A stretch of DNA of 39,721 bases from Gammaproteobacteria bacterium (lineage in GTDB: Bacteria; Pseudomonadota; Gammaproteobacteria; UBA9339), in the NCBI GenBank assembly GCA_031552655.1, contig JAVBML010000043.1, positions 1-39,721 on the forward strand. The letters are read 5' to 3'. The notes under the pieces are model-generated. The model had not been told where the DNA came from and made no database searches. It saw only the letters and a program-made list of their open reading frames with translations. Numbering within the stretch: position 1 is the first letter of the stretch; each line of letters begins with the position of its first letter. Shown here one piece after another: positions 19,828 through 27,703 of the stretch. The translations under genes were made by a program, and so were the position numbers.

Positions 19828-20763
19828 CTAAGTTCGATATGCCGTCAATTCAGTAATACCCGTGACGGCATATTTTCCATAGTGATCTCTTTGCATAAAC
19901 ACTATAATATCTATTGCCTCCTGAATTAAATGTGTAGGTATAGTATTTACTGCTTCGTGCACTAAATCTTCCAAACGCGATATGGTGGCTTCGGGACTAT
20001 TAGCATGGATGGTACAAATTCCACCGGGATGTCCCGTATTCCAGGCTTTTAATAGTTCCAGAGCAGTGCCATCTCGTACTTCACCAATAATGATTCTGTC
20101 GGGACGCATTCTTAAGATCCCTTTGACCAGGGATCTCATTGATACATTACTCGTAGACATTAGTTTAACATAATCTTTGGAATTAATTTGTAATTCCGGC
20201 AAGTCTTCTAGAATAATAATTCTATCATTGGAATTTCTAAGCTCATTGAGCAATGCATTGGCAAAGGTAGTTTTTCCAGAGGATGTGCCGCCGGCAATGA
20301 GAATATTTTTTCTATTTTGAATGCTGCGTCTTAATCCCTCGGCTTGATTTACCGTTAGGGATTCAGCGGCAACGTAGTCGTCCAGAGTAAATATTTTAGT
20401 AGCTCTTTTGCGTATAGTAAAGGTTGGAGCGGTTGCCACCGGCGGTAACCAGCCTTGAAATCTTGCACTGCTACCTGGTAGTTCGCATGATACTTCGGGA
20501 TGCTTATCGTCAGCTATGGTTTTATGATAGGCCGCTGCCAATTTAATAATATTAGCTGCCTGGTAGTCGCTAAAAATAATGCCGGTGTCATATTTTCCAT
20601 GGCCATATGATTCGGCCCAGAGTTTGCCATCGGGATTAAGCATTATTTCTATGACGTCCTGGTTATTTAAAAGTGCAATGATATCTGCACCAAAAGCAGT
20701 GGTTAACATGGCCAGATGGCGATCCATAATTTTATCATTTAGCATTAAATTGCCCCTCTTCAT
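19828..20763 (-). CDS. trbB: P-type conjugative-transfer ATPase TrbB (VirB11 family)
   Basis: VIEIMLNPDGKLW, FTIRKRATKIFTLDDYV, Walker A GGTSSGKTT, Walker B RIIILEDLPE, RPDRIIIGEVRDG and His box GHPGGICTIHAN are all collinear with TrbB as I recall it. Confidence 0.85.
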   Translation of the reverse strand: MKRGNLMLNDKIMDRHLAMLTTAFGADIIALLNNQDVIEIMLNPDGKLWAESYGHGKYDTGIIFSDYQAANIIKLAAAYHKTIADDKHPEVSCELPGSSARFQGWLPPVATAPTFTIRKRATKIFTLDDYVAAESLTVNQAEGLRRSIQNRKNILIAGGTSSGKTTFANALLNELRNSNDRIIILEDLPELQINSKDYVKLMSTSNVSMRSLVKGILRMRPDRIIIGEVRDGTALELLKAWNTGHPGGICTIHANSPEATISRLEDLVHEAVNTIPTHLIQEAIDIIVFMQRDHYGKYAVTGITELTAYRT

Positions 20764-20769
20764 TGATGA

Positions 20770-21276
20770 TTATTCGGTAAAAATGGGAATTGCTCGGCCC
20801 CGAATGTGCTGTGTTGAAACCAAGCCAAAATATCTACCGTCGAAGGATCTGCTACTTTTGGTGCTGAGTAGCAGATACTGATCACCCCTAATTCTATCGC
20901 AAATTATAAACCTAGGTAAAGGGTTGTTTTTGTCATCGGTGGAGTAAATTGAGGCAATTTTTTTACCATTAATTAAAAGGGTGTCATGGTGAGTGCAAAC
21001 GAAATCTCCCTTTTTGGCAAATACATATTTTATCAAGGAGATATTTGAAGGCAGCTGCCGTTGCTCTAAAAAATTTAGTGCTGTGGAGGGCGGAGTAAAT
21101 TCTACAATGTCATGGTGCCTAAAGTTTTTTGCTGGAATTACCAGGTATAGACCGCGAGGCATACTTGCCGTGAATGAATAGATAAAATGATAGCCAAAAT
21201 TTTTAAGCCTAGCAATCCCCAAAGCTAGCATGAGCAGAGCTGTGAGACTAATGGCTAGGGGCGTATATCTATTCAA
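20770..21276 (-). CDS. traF: TraF-type conjugative signal peptidase (S26 family)
   Basis: 168 aa with a single N-terminal TM. Ser box TASMPRG, Lys box IKYVFAKKGD and SFDGRYFG (the S26 SxDSRYFG motif). TTG start, 6 nt upstream of trbB. Confidence 0.7.
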   Translation of the reverse strand: MNRYTPLAISLTALLMLALGIARLKNFGYHFIYSFTASMPRGLYLVIPAKNFRHHDIVEFTPPSTALNFLEQRQLPSNISLIKYVFAKKGDFVCTHHDTLLINGKKIASIYSTDDKNNPLPRFIICDRIRGDQYLLLSTKSSRSFDGRYFGLVSTQHIRGRAIPIFTE

Positions 21277-21358
21277 TTAAACGTGAAACTTTCATAGTGT
21301 CCATAGTTAATAAAAATAGCACATTTAATTTGTGGAGCAAAGGCAGAGGTAATTTTAC

Positions 21359-23560
21359 TTATTTCACGCTTTGGTTGAACATTTCCATTTCCCTTTGGCG
21401 TTCTTGTAGGATTATTGCTTCTAAATCAATGATCCTATCAGCTATGGCTACGGTTTCTCTACGGTGGGCCACGATTACGCGGGTGATGCCAATGTTTTTT
21501 ATGTGGTGATTAATGGTGCTTTCATTGTTACCATCGAGGTGACTAGTTGCTTCATCCAGGAATAAAATTTTAGGTTGGGCATAGAGAGCCCTTGCTAATA
21601 AAATTCTTTGTTTCTGTCCCCCCGATAGGGCCGTTCCCATGTCGCCCACGAGAGATTGATAGGCCATGGGCATGCGGAGAATATCTTCGTGAATTGCCGC
21701 TATCATTGCGCAGGCATGGATTTTTTCTAAGTTAGGATTTGGGGCAAAGAATGCGATATTTTCTGCGATGGAACCGCTCATGAGAGTGTCATCCTGCATT
21801 ACCGCCGCTATTTGGGAACGATAGTTACTAAAGCTCATTTTGTTGATATCCACACCATCAATCAAGATTTCTCCCGTGGTGGGCATAAGCAGTCGCAGCA
21901 ATATTTTTAGTAATGTGGTTTTACCACAGCCGGACTGACCAATGATGGCTACGGATTCTCCCGGAGTAATCTCAAAACTTATGTTTTTAAAAATGTGGGG
22001 ATCCTGTTCGGAATATCTAAATGCTAAATTTTTTACCTTAATACCGCCTTTGATTGCCTGGGGTAATAGGCTTTCCTTTTTTGCATCATATTCCGGCTCC
22101 GCTAGTGCTATATCGGCAACTCGATCTAGGTGGATGGTGATCATTCTATATTCTATTATTTTATCAATCATCTCCTGAGCTTTGGAAACAAATTGTCCAC
22201 GGTAGGAGATATAGGCCAGGAGCATGCCAATGGTGAAATTATCCACGCCCCCCATGACCATTTTGGCACCCCACACCATTATTATAATGTTTTCAGCACC
22301 AAAAATTGTGTGATTGATGATTTTGTAGATTAAACCCAGTTTTGTAACGTAGATACCAATGTTTAATTTGTCGGCATAGCAATTTTGCCAAACGTGTTCC
22401 CTTTGGGATTCTTTGCCAAAAATTTTAATTGGTAGAATCGCGCGAACGCTCTCCATGAAAATAGAATTTTCCTTTGCCGAGGAAACTATTTGTTCCTGGT
22501 TTTTTAGTTTAAAAGTGGGATAAAAAAGTAGGCGTATGATGGTATAGAGTAGCAAAGCTGCCAGTACGATGAGACTGAGTTTTATGCTATAAATTAACAT
22601 TACGCCCAGGGTAATGATTACCATGAAACCATCGATGATACCTTCTACGAAGTCCGTGGTAATTTTACTCTGAATATTGCCAATGGAACCAAAGCGAGAA
22701 ACAATATCTCCCATGTGTCTTTTTTCAAAGAAACTTAGGGGGAGTTTAAATAGATGATGAAATAGATTGGCCGTTAGCTGGATATTCAATGTGGTTCCCA
22801 TGAATAGCACGATCCAGGATCTAGCATATTCCGTGGCAACCTGAATCGCCATGAGTAGGGCAAAGCCTATGGCCAAGGTATACAGCAGTGGAGTATCGTT
22901 GGTAACTAGCACATGGTCCGTAATCCATTGCATAAATTGGGGGCTAACTATGGCGAATACTTCCAGAGCTAGGGAGAGTAAAAGAATTTGTACCAGGGAA
23001 GCTTTAATGCCCGTTACGGATCGCCATAGATCCAGTAAACGTAATTTGGTTTTATCCTTTTTTTTAGTAAAATCCGTGGCCGGTGTGATTTCCATGGCCA
23101 CACCGGTAAAGTGCTTAGAAATTTCCTCTTTTGTATATTTTACTACTCCCACGGCTGGATCATGGATAGTAATTTTATCGCCCCGAATGTTTTTTAAGAC
23201 TACGAAGTGATCCATGTCCCAGTGTAAAAGACAGGGCGTTTTTAGATAGGGTAGATCTTCCAATTCTAATTTTACGGCCCTGGTGAGTAAATGTAATTTT
23301 CTACAGATATCTATTAAATCCTGAAGCTTACTGCCCTTGAGAGATATGGAGAATTGCCTTCGCAGGGTTATGAGATCAGTTTCATAGCCATGGTAACTGG
23401 CGATCATAGCTAGGCACGCTAGGCCACATTCGGTAACTTCACTTTGCAAAATCATGGGCAATCTATTGCCCAGGGAAAAGCGTAATTTTTTAGTAATTTC
23501 TTTCACTATGATGTTAAACTCCCTTTGAGAGTGTAGATGGGGTTTAGTATCCACTGCCAA
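21359..23560 (-). CDS. Peptidase-C39-domain ABC exporter (CvaB / bacteriocin-microcin exporter type)
   Basis: C39 domain with the catalytic Cys in QSEVTECGLACLAMIASYHGY and the His in MDHFVVL. Six-TM domain, Walker A GQSGCGKTT, signature LSGGQKQR, Walker B ILFLDEATS. The listed start is TTG 23560, overlapping the upstream gene by 55 nt; ATG 23455 is more likely. Confidence 0.9.
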   Translation of the reverse strand: MAVDTKPHLHSQREFNIIVKEITKKLRFSLGNRLPMILQSEVTECGLACLAMIASYHGYETDLITLRRQFSISLKGSKLQDLIDICRKLHLLTRAVKLELEDLPYLKTPCLLHWDMDHFVVLKNIRGDKITIHDPAVGVVKYTKEEISKHFTGVAMEITPATDFTKKKDKTKLRLLDLWRSVTGIKASLVQILLLSLALEVFAIVSPQFMQWITDHVLVTNDTPLLYTLAIGFALLMAIQVATEYARSWIVLFMGTTLNIQLTANLFHHLFKLPLSFFEKRHMGDIVSRFGSIGNIQSKITTDFVEGIIDGFMVIITLGVMLIYSIKLSLIVLAALLLYTIIRLLFYPTFKLKNQEQIVSSAKENSIFMESVRAILPIKIFGKESQREHVWQNCYADKLNIGIYVTKLGLIYKIINHTIFGAENIIIMVWGAKMVMGGVDNFTIGMLLAYISYRGQFVSKAQEMIDKIIEYRMITIHLDRVADIALAEPEYDAKKESLLPQAIKGGIKVKNLAFRYSEQDPHIFKNISFEITPGESVAIIGQSGCGKTTLLKILLRLLMPTTGEILIDGVDINKMSFSNYRSQIAAVMQDDTLMSGSIAENIAFFAPNPNLEKIHACAMIAAIHEDILRMPMAYQSLVGDMGTALSGGQKQRILLARALYAQPKILFLDEATSHLDGNNESTINHHIKNIGITRVIVAHRRETVAIADRIIDLEAIILQERQREMEMFNQSVK

Positions 23561-24597
23561 ATTTTACGCCTATCACCGATAATTTCTCCTACCACTGTCA
23601 TGCCAGCTGCCAGGGGTTGTGATTTGCCATACACCATTACCCGTTGCTCTTGTAGCTTAACGATTACGCGGTAGAAAGTTTTATTACCGTAGATATCCAT
23701 TTGTGCTGAGGGATTGGGATCCGGTGGGGTTGCCATGTCTATGTCCTTTTGGGATAGGACACTATCATCTATCCTAGCAACGGTGGATGCATAGAGACCA
23801 AATGTTTGGTAGGGGAAAGCATCGTATTTGAGCATTACCCTTTGACCTAGTTTTACAAAACCTATATCTCTAGTACTAACGAACAGCATGCCTTCCAATA
23901 TAGCCCCCCGGGGAATAATGGAAGCCAATGGTTTCTCCTGGGTAACACGATCTCCAACCATGGCTACCAGTGTGGCTATGGTGCCATCTGCCGGTGCAAG
24001 TATCGCATGGTCACCATGGCTCTTTACTTCCACTAGCCTGCTCTCTATCTCCCTAAGTGTTGCTATGGTTTCCAAATAACTATTATAATATCCCTGGTAC
24101 TCCAGTTCGGAAATATGTCTTTCTCCTAATAATTGTTTGTATTTTATAATGTTTTTTTCATAGAGAGATAGTTTCTCTTTTTGCAATAACCTCTGTTTTT
24201 CCAGGGATGCTAGCAATTGAGCATTTATTCCCTGGGAGGATAATTCATGTTGTTCCGTAGAAATTAAATAGAGCGGCTGATTTTTAACCACGGGTTCCCC
24301 TTGTTTAACAAATCGATGAGTGACGATGCCAGGGGATTTGGGATATATATGTATTAAACCTTTATTTGGAACTAATATCCCTGCGGCTTGGCGGTGCTTT
24401 GAATATTTGCCAAAGGCAATGAACAATATTATGGCTATGGCAATGATGGAGGCAGCGAAAACCCATATAAAAAAAGATGGCGGCGTAGTTACAATCACCT
24501 TACCGAAAAAATTTCCCTTGCGATATTCTAGAGCTTCCTTTCTAAATAGAGGAGAATCCTTTGTTTGTTCTTGGGACTGTGAATTTTTGTCTTCCAT
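23506..24597 (-). CDS. HlyD-family periplasmic adaptor (CvaA type)
   Basis: N-terminal LFRKEALEYRKGNFFGKVIV followed by one TM, a coiled-coil hairpin and lipoyl/beta-barrel segments. This is the layout of colicin V secretion protein CvaA. Confidence 0.85.
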   Translation of the reverse strand: MEDKNSQSQEQTKDSPLFRKEALEYRKGNFFGKVIVTTPPSFFIWVFAASIIAIAIILFIAFGKYSKHRQAAGILVPNKGLIHIYPKSPGIVTHRFVKQGEPVVKNQPLYLISTEQHELSSQGINAQLLASLEKQRLLQKEKLSLYEKNIIKYKQLLGERHISELEYQGYYNSYLETIATLREIESRLVEVKSHGDHAILAPADGTIATLVAMVGDRVTQEKPLASIIPRGAILEGMLFVSTRDIGFVKLGQRVMLKYDAFPYQTFGLYASTVARIDDSVLSQKDIDMATPPDPNPSAQMDIYGNKTFYRVIVKLQEQRVMVYGKSQPLAAGMTVVGEIIGDRRKIWQWILNPIYTLKGSLTS

Positions 24598-24624
24598 ATG
24601 CTATCTGTTTTGAAGTCGTGCAAC

Positions 24625-24653
24625 ATTATATAGAAATTTATTGTTTGTGGCTA
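24625..24653 (-). promoter_or_regulatory. Candidate sigma70 promoter for the HlyD/ABC/traF/trbB cluster
   Basis: On the minus strand there is a perfect TATAAT (24630-24625) 27 nt upstream of the HlyD ATG. TAGCCA (24653-24648) lies 17 bp upstream and matches TTGACA at 4/6 positions. Confidence 0.3.
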
Positions 24654-25223
24654 GATGGCAATGATGGAATTCATTGCCACGTCCCAAGGATCCGAGGTGA
24701 AGTGCAATTTTTGATTTTCATATCCTAGTCCTAGCAGGTAGGGATTTTGATGATCCATTTTTTTAAAGGAGAAAGTTTTATCATAGTACCCGAGACCTCG
24801 TCCCAATCTAAACAGATTATCATTGAATCCTAGGAGAGGAACAATGACTAAATCTAGATCCCTAGGTGCCCTGATTTTACTTTGAATCATTAGTGGTTCC
24901 TGGGCACCATATTTTTTTTTCACTAGGGTATCCCGGGGACAGAACTCTACGAAAACCATTTCATTAGTTGACACTATCGCGGGAAGGTAGCACTGTTTGC
25001 CACGTTGCCAGATGGCAGTAATGATTGCGGAAGTATCGATTTCGTTGCCAATGGGAAAATAGCAGCCAATGTGCACACTATCCGCGAAGATAGAATTTTC
25101 GATAAGTTTGGCAGTTACCATTTGGGAAACACTGGAACGTTGCGGCGAAGAGATATTTTTTAGTTTGCTATTGGCTTCGCTGCGTAAATTTTTTTTGAAA
25201 TTTAGCTTCGTAAAATTATCCAT
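24651..25223 (-). CDS. ygfA: 5-formyltetrahydrofolate cyclo-ligase (YgfA/Fau)
   Basis: Family pattern ...GCYFPIGNEIDTSAII...GKQCYLPAI...DLVIVPLLGFNDNLFRLGRGLGYYDKT. It sits downstream of zapA and 6S RNA, as in E. coli. The listed ORF start (25277) would run through the 6S RNA; ATG 25223 (MDNFTKL) is preferred. Confidence 0.85.
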   Translation of the reverse strand: MDNFTKLNFKKNLRSEANSKLKNISSPQRSSVSQMVTAKLIENSIFADSVHIGCYFPIGNEIDTSAIITAIWQRGKQCYLPAIVSTNEMVFVEFCPRDTLVKKKYGAQEPLMIQSKIRAPRDLDLVIVPLLGFNDNLFRLGRGLGYYDKTFSFKKMDHQNPYLLGLGYENQKLHFTSDPWDVAMNSIIAI

Positions 25224-25390
25224 GATGCCGCTGTAAGTTATCTTTTGAACCCAAATTCTAGTATAGATCAATATCAATATCTTTAGCTTCTTACTAAAGT
25301 GTAAGCATGCTCCGATAGTGAGGAATCAATCTCTAAACTCAGGCTTATCGATTCAAAAATAAATACCCTACGAGCGTGCATCACAGACTA
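25213..25390 (-). ncRNA. ssrS: 6S RNA (ssrS)
   Basis: Located between zapA and ygfA, the conserved gammaproteobacterial position. The minus strand shows segments similar to E. coli 6S as I recall it: GUCUGUGAUGC, GCCUGAG, GGAGCAUGCU, UAAGAAGCUAAAG and GGGUUCAAAAGAUAACUUACAGCGGCAUC. The 5' GUGAUGC.CGCU can pair with the 3' AGCGGCAUCAU to form the closing stem. A perfect TATAAT (25401-25396) with TGGAAA (25424-25419) lies just upstream. Ends are approximate, within about 10 nt. Confidence 0.75.
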
Positions 25391-25410
25391 AACTAATTAT
25401 ACACTAACTA

Positions 25411-25725
25411 TTATTCTATTTCCAGTGCGTCGCTGATTTTTTGTGCTAAGTTTTCTAGTTTAGTGTGGCAGATATCATAGTCATCGGAACATTGCTGTTT
25501 TTTTCTTGCCAGCAGTAGTTCATGGGAGATATTAAGTGCAGCTACTATGGCTAGGTGATCCATGGAGGAAAATTTGTCTTTTTGTTGAGCTACTAGCATT
25601 TTATCATTGAGATAGGAAGCGGCATCTTGCAATTCACTGTGCATGCTTTTGGGACATTTAACTTTAAAGTTTTTTCCTACTATTTTTAGAATTACCGTGG
25701 TGCTTTCTGTTTCTTGCAATGACAT
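25411..25725 (-). CDS. zapA: Cell division protein ZapA
   Basis: 104 aa. VILKIVGKNFKVKCPKSMHSELQDAASYLNDKM matches the ZapA N-domain pattern, followed by a C-terminal coiled coil. Synteny with ssrS-ygfA supports the call. Confidence 0.85.
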   Translation of the reverse strand: MSLQETESTTVILKIVGKNFKVKCPKSMHSELQDAASYLNDKMLVAQQKDKFSSMDHLAIVAALNISHELLLARKKQQCSDDYDICHTKLENLAQKISDALEIE

Positions 25726-25734
25726 GGATGCTAT

Positions 25735-25947
25735 TTATTTCGTGGTATTTAATTCATCTTCCAATTGCCTAATCATAATTTTAATGGCGGCTACGGCGGT
25801 CTTTTTTTTTGCTACCAGGATACTATTTTCCTGGTGCAGAGACTCAAGTTTTTTACCCAGAGCAACATTTTCCAATTTTTTTTGATTTGCTAGCATGATT
25901 AATTTATCTAGCGCTCGTTCTAAATTTTCAAGATCAACTTTTAACAT
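25735..25947 (-). CDS. Small coiled-coil protein upstream of zapA (ZapB-like / TIGR02449-like)
   Basis: 70 aa of heptad-rich sequence (LENLERALDKLIMLANQKKLENVALGKKLESLHQEN...), located 9 nt upstream of zapA. Comparable small coiled-coil genes precede zapA in Pseudomonas-type loci; this is from memory. Confidence 0.55.
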   Translation of the reverse strand: MLKVDLENLERALDKLIMLANQKKLENVALGKKLESLHQENSILVAKKKTAVAAIKIMIRQLEDELNTTK

Positions 25948-26092
25948 AGAAATATATTATATGCCGTAACATCGCTTCTGTCACGATTTTGTCTAGGCAA
26001 AATTATTGATCATAATTTTTCATGGGTATAGATATTGTTTGCCATAAATTGTACGATCTATTTTTAGAGCCATTTGATGATGTGAAGAAGGG

Positions 26093-27703
26093 GTGACCAT
26101 GAAAAAATTAACCATTGCTTTGGCCCAAATTAATCCAACGACTGGGGATCTTAAGGGTAATTTAAAAAAAATTATTTCCCAGGCAAAAATTGCGAAAAAA
26201 CAACGGGCTACCATGGTAGTGTTTCCAGCCATGGCTATTACGGGTTATCCCCTGGATGATTGGCTTCGAGGACAGGAGTTGTGGCGACAAACCCTGGAAA
26301 CTTTGCATAGCATTAGAGAAAAAGTACAGGATATTTATGTGGTAGTAGGGCTGCCAGTGCGTAGACAAAAAAAAACTCTCCATGCTGCCGTGGTACTATA
26401 TAATGGGAAAATTATTACCGTTTATGCTAAACGGCAATTATCAGATATGTCTCTTCTGGGTGAAAGATATTATTTTTCCGCTGAGCATACTTTAGCTGTT
26501 TTTAGCATTGATGGCGTAAAAATTGCTCTCACCATGGGTGATGATATTTTTATCGAAGAACCCCAAGGCTTCAAAGAAAGCAAAGTAGACATATTGCTGT
26601 CTTTGAATGCGGAACCCTTTGCCATTGAGCAACTACGGCAAAGAGAGATTAAGCTGAGAAAATATGCCCGCAGGCAACGGCAGACGATTTTGCACATTAA
26701 CATGGTTGGTGGCCAAGGGGAGTTGGTATTTGCCGGAGGTTCCATGGTAATTGCCGAAGATGGTAGCCTTAGACAGCGGGGGGCTTTTTTTCAGGAGGAA
26801 TTATTAACTGTGAACCTAGAAGCTCTAAAGTTTAGAGTTTCTAAATTACTACCGTTGCCCACTATGCCTTCGGCGGTATCTTTGATCTATGGTGCTTTAG
26901 TGCTAGGAGTTCGGGATTATTTTCATAAAAATAATTTTAAAAGAGCTTTAGTTAGTGTTTCTGGAGGCATTGATTCCGCCCTGGTTCTGGCCATAGCAGT
27001 GGATGCTCTGGGAAAGGAGAACGTTGAAACCTGCTATCTACCATCACGCTATTCCAGTAAATTGAGCAATGACATAGTTAGAAAACAGGCAAAATTGCTA
27101 GGGGTCACTAATACTACCATTTCCATTGAACCGATATTTAAGAAATATTTGGCTACTTTTGAAGATAAACGACTGTCTGTGACTATCCGAGCTAATTTGC
27201 AGGCACGATGTCGAGCCACCATGGTGATGACCATGGCCAACAGTGATAATGCTCTGGTGATAGCTACTAGCAATAAAAGCGAGATGGCCGTGGGTTACAC
27301 AACTCTCTATGGCGATATGGCAGGAGGTTTTGCTCCCCTGTGTGATGTAACCAAGACCCTGGTCTATGAATTAGCGCACCATCGCAACGACATTTCCCAT
27401 GCAATACCTGAAGCTGCCATTGGGCGAGCACCCACGGCGGAATTGGTTACTGATCAAAGAGATAGCGATGATTTACCACCCTATGTAAAGCTGGATGAAA
27501 TCATTAAAAGATATGTGGAGCTACAGCAATCTAGGGAAACTATTATTAAAGCTGGATTTTCTAGGACCATGGTTGATAAGGTATTGAAAATGATTGCCAG
27601 GAGTGAGTATAAGCGTAGACAATCCCCTTCTGGACCTAGAATTACTTCGGCGGCTTTTGGTAGCGATAGGCGGTATTCACTGGCCTCGGGATTTCGATTC
27701 TAG
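26093..27703 (+). CDS. nadE: Glutamine-dependent NAD+ synthetase
   Basis: N-terminal CN-hydrolase domain (LTIALAQINP...) and a C-terminal synthetase domain with the SGGIDS PP-loop (VSVSGGIDSALV). 536 aa. Confidence 0.92.
   Translation: MTMKKLTIALAQINPTTGDLKGNLKKIISQAKIAKKQRATMVVFPAMAITGYPLDDWLRGQELWRQTLETLHSIREKVQDIYVVVGLPVRRQKKTLHAAVVLYNGKIITVYAKRQLSDMSLLGERYYFSAEHTLAVFSIDGVKIALTMGDDIFIEEPQGFKESKVDILLSLNAEPFAIEQLRQREIKLRKYARRQRQTILHINMVGGQGELVFAGGSMVIAEDGSLRQRGAFFQEELLTVNLEALKFRVSKLLPLPTMPSAVSLIYGALVLGVRDYFHKNNFKRALVSVSGGIDSALVLAIAVDALGKENVETCYLPSRYSSKLSNDIVRKQAKLLGVTNTTISIEPIFKKYLATFEDKRLSVTIRANLQARCRATMVMTMANSDNALVIATSNKSEMAVGYTTLYGDMAGGFAPLCDVTKTLVYELAHHRNDISHAIPEAAIGRAPTAELVTDQRDSDDLPPYVKLDEIIKRYVELQQSRETIIKAGFSRTMVDKVLKMIARSEYKRRQSPSGPRITSAAFGSDRRYSLASGFRF

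Noticed and set aside
23455-23560. 55-nt overlap between the HlyD-like gene and the ABC exporter, considered as a possible frameshift or fusion
   Set aside because: The overlap arises only because the ORF caller took the longest TTG-initiated frame. The ATG at 23455 starts right before the C39 domain (MILQSEVTECGLACL) and removes the overlap.
19816-24660. Calling the trbB-traF-ABC-HlyD block a bounded mobile element or genomic island
   Set aside because: There is no integrase, transposase, tRNA target or convincing flanking direct repeat; only a weak shared ATTGTTT occurs at both edges. I cannot compute composition reliably by eye. It is reported as a gene cluster, not as a mobile_element feature.
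26020-26383. 70-aa and 73-aa minus-strand ORFs around the nadE start
   Set aside because: They overlap the nadE coding sequence or promoter in antisense and have no recognisable features. nadE explains the region.
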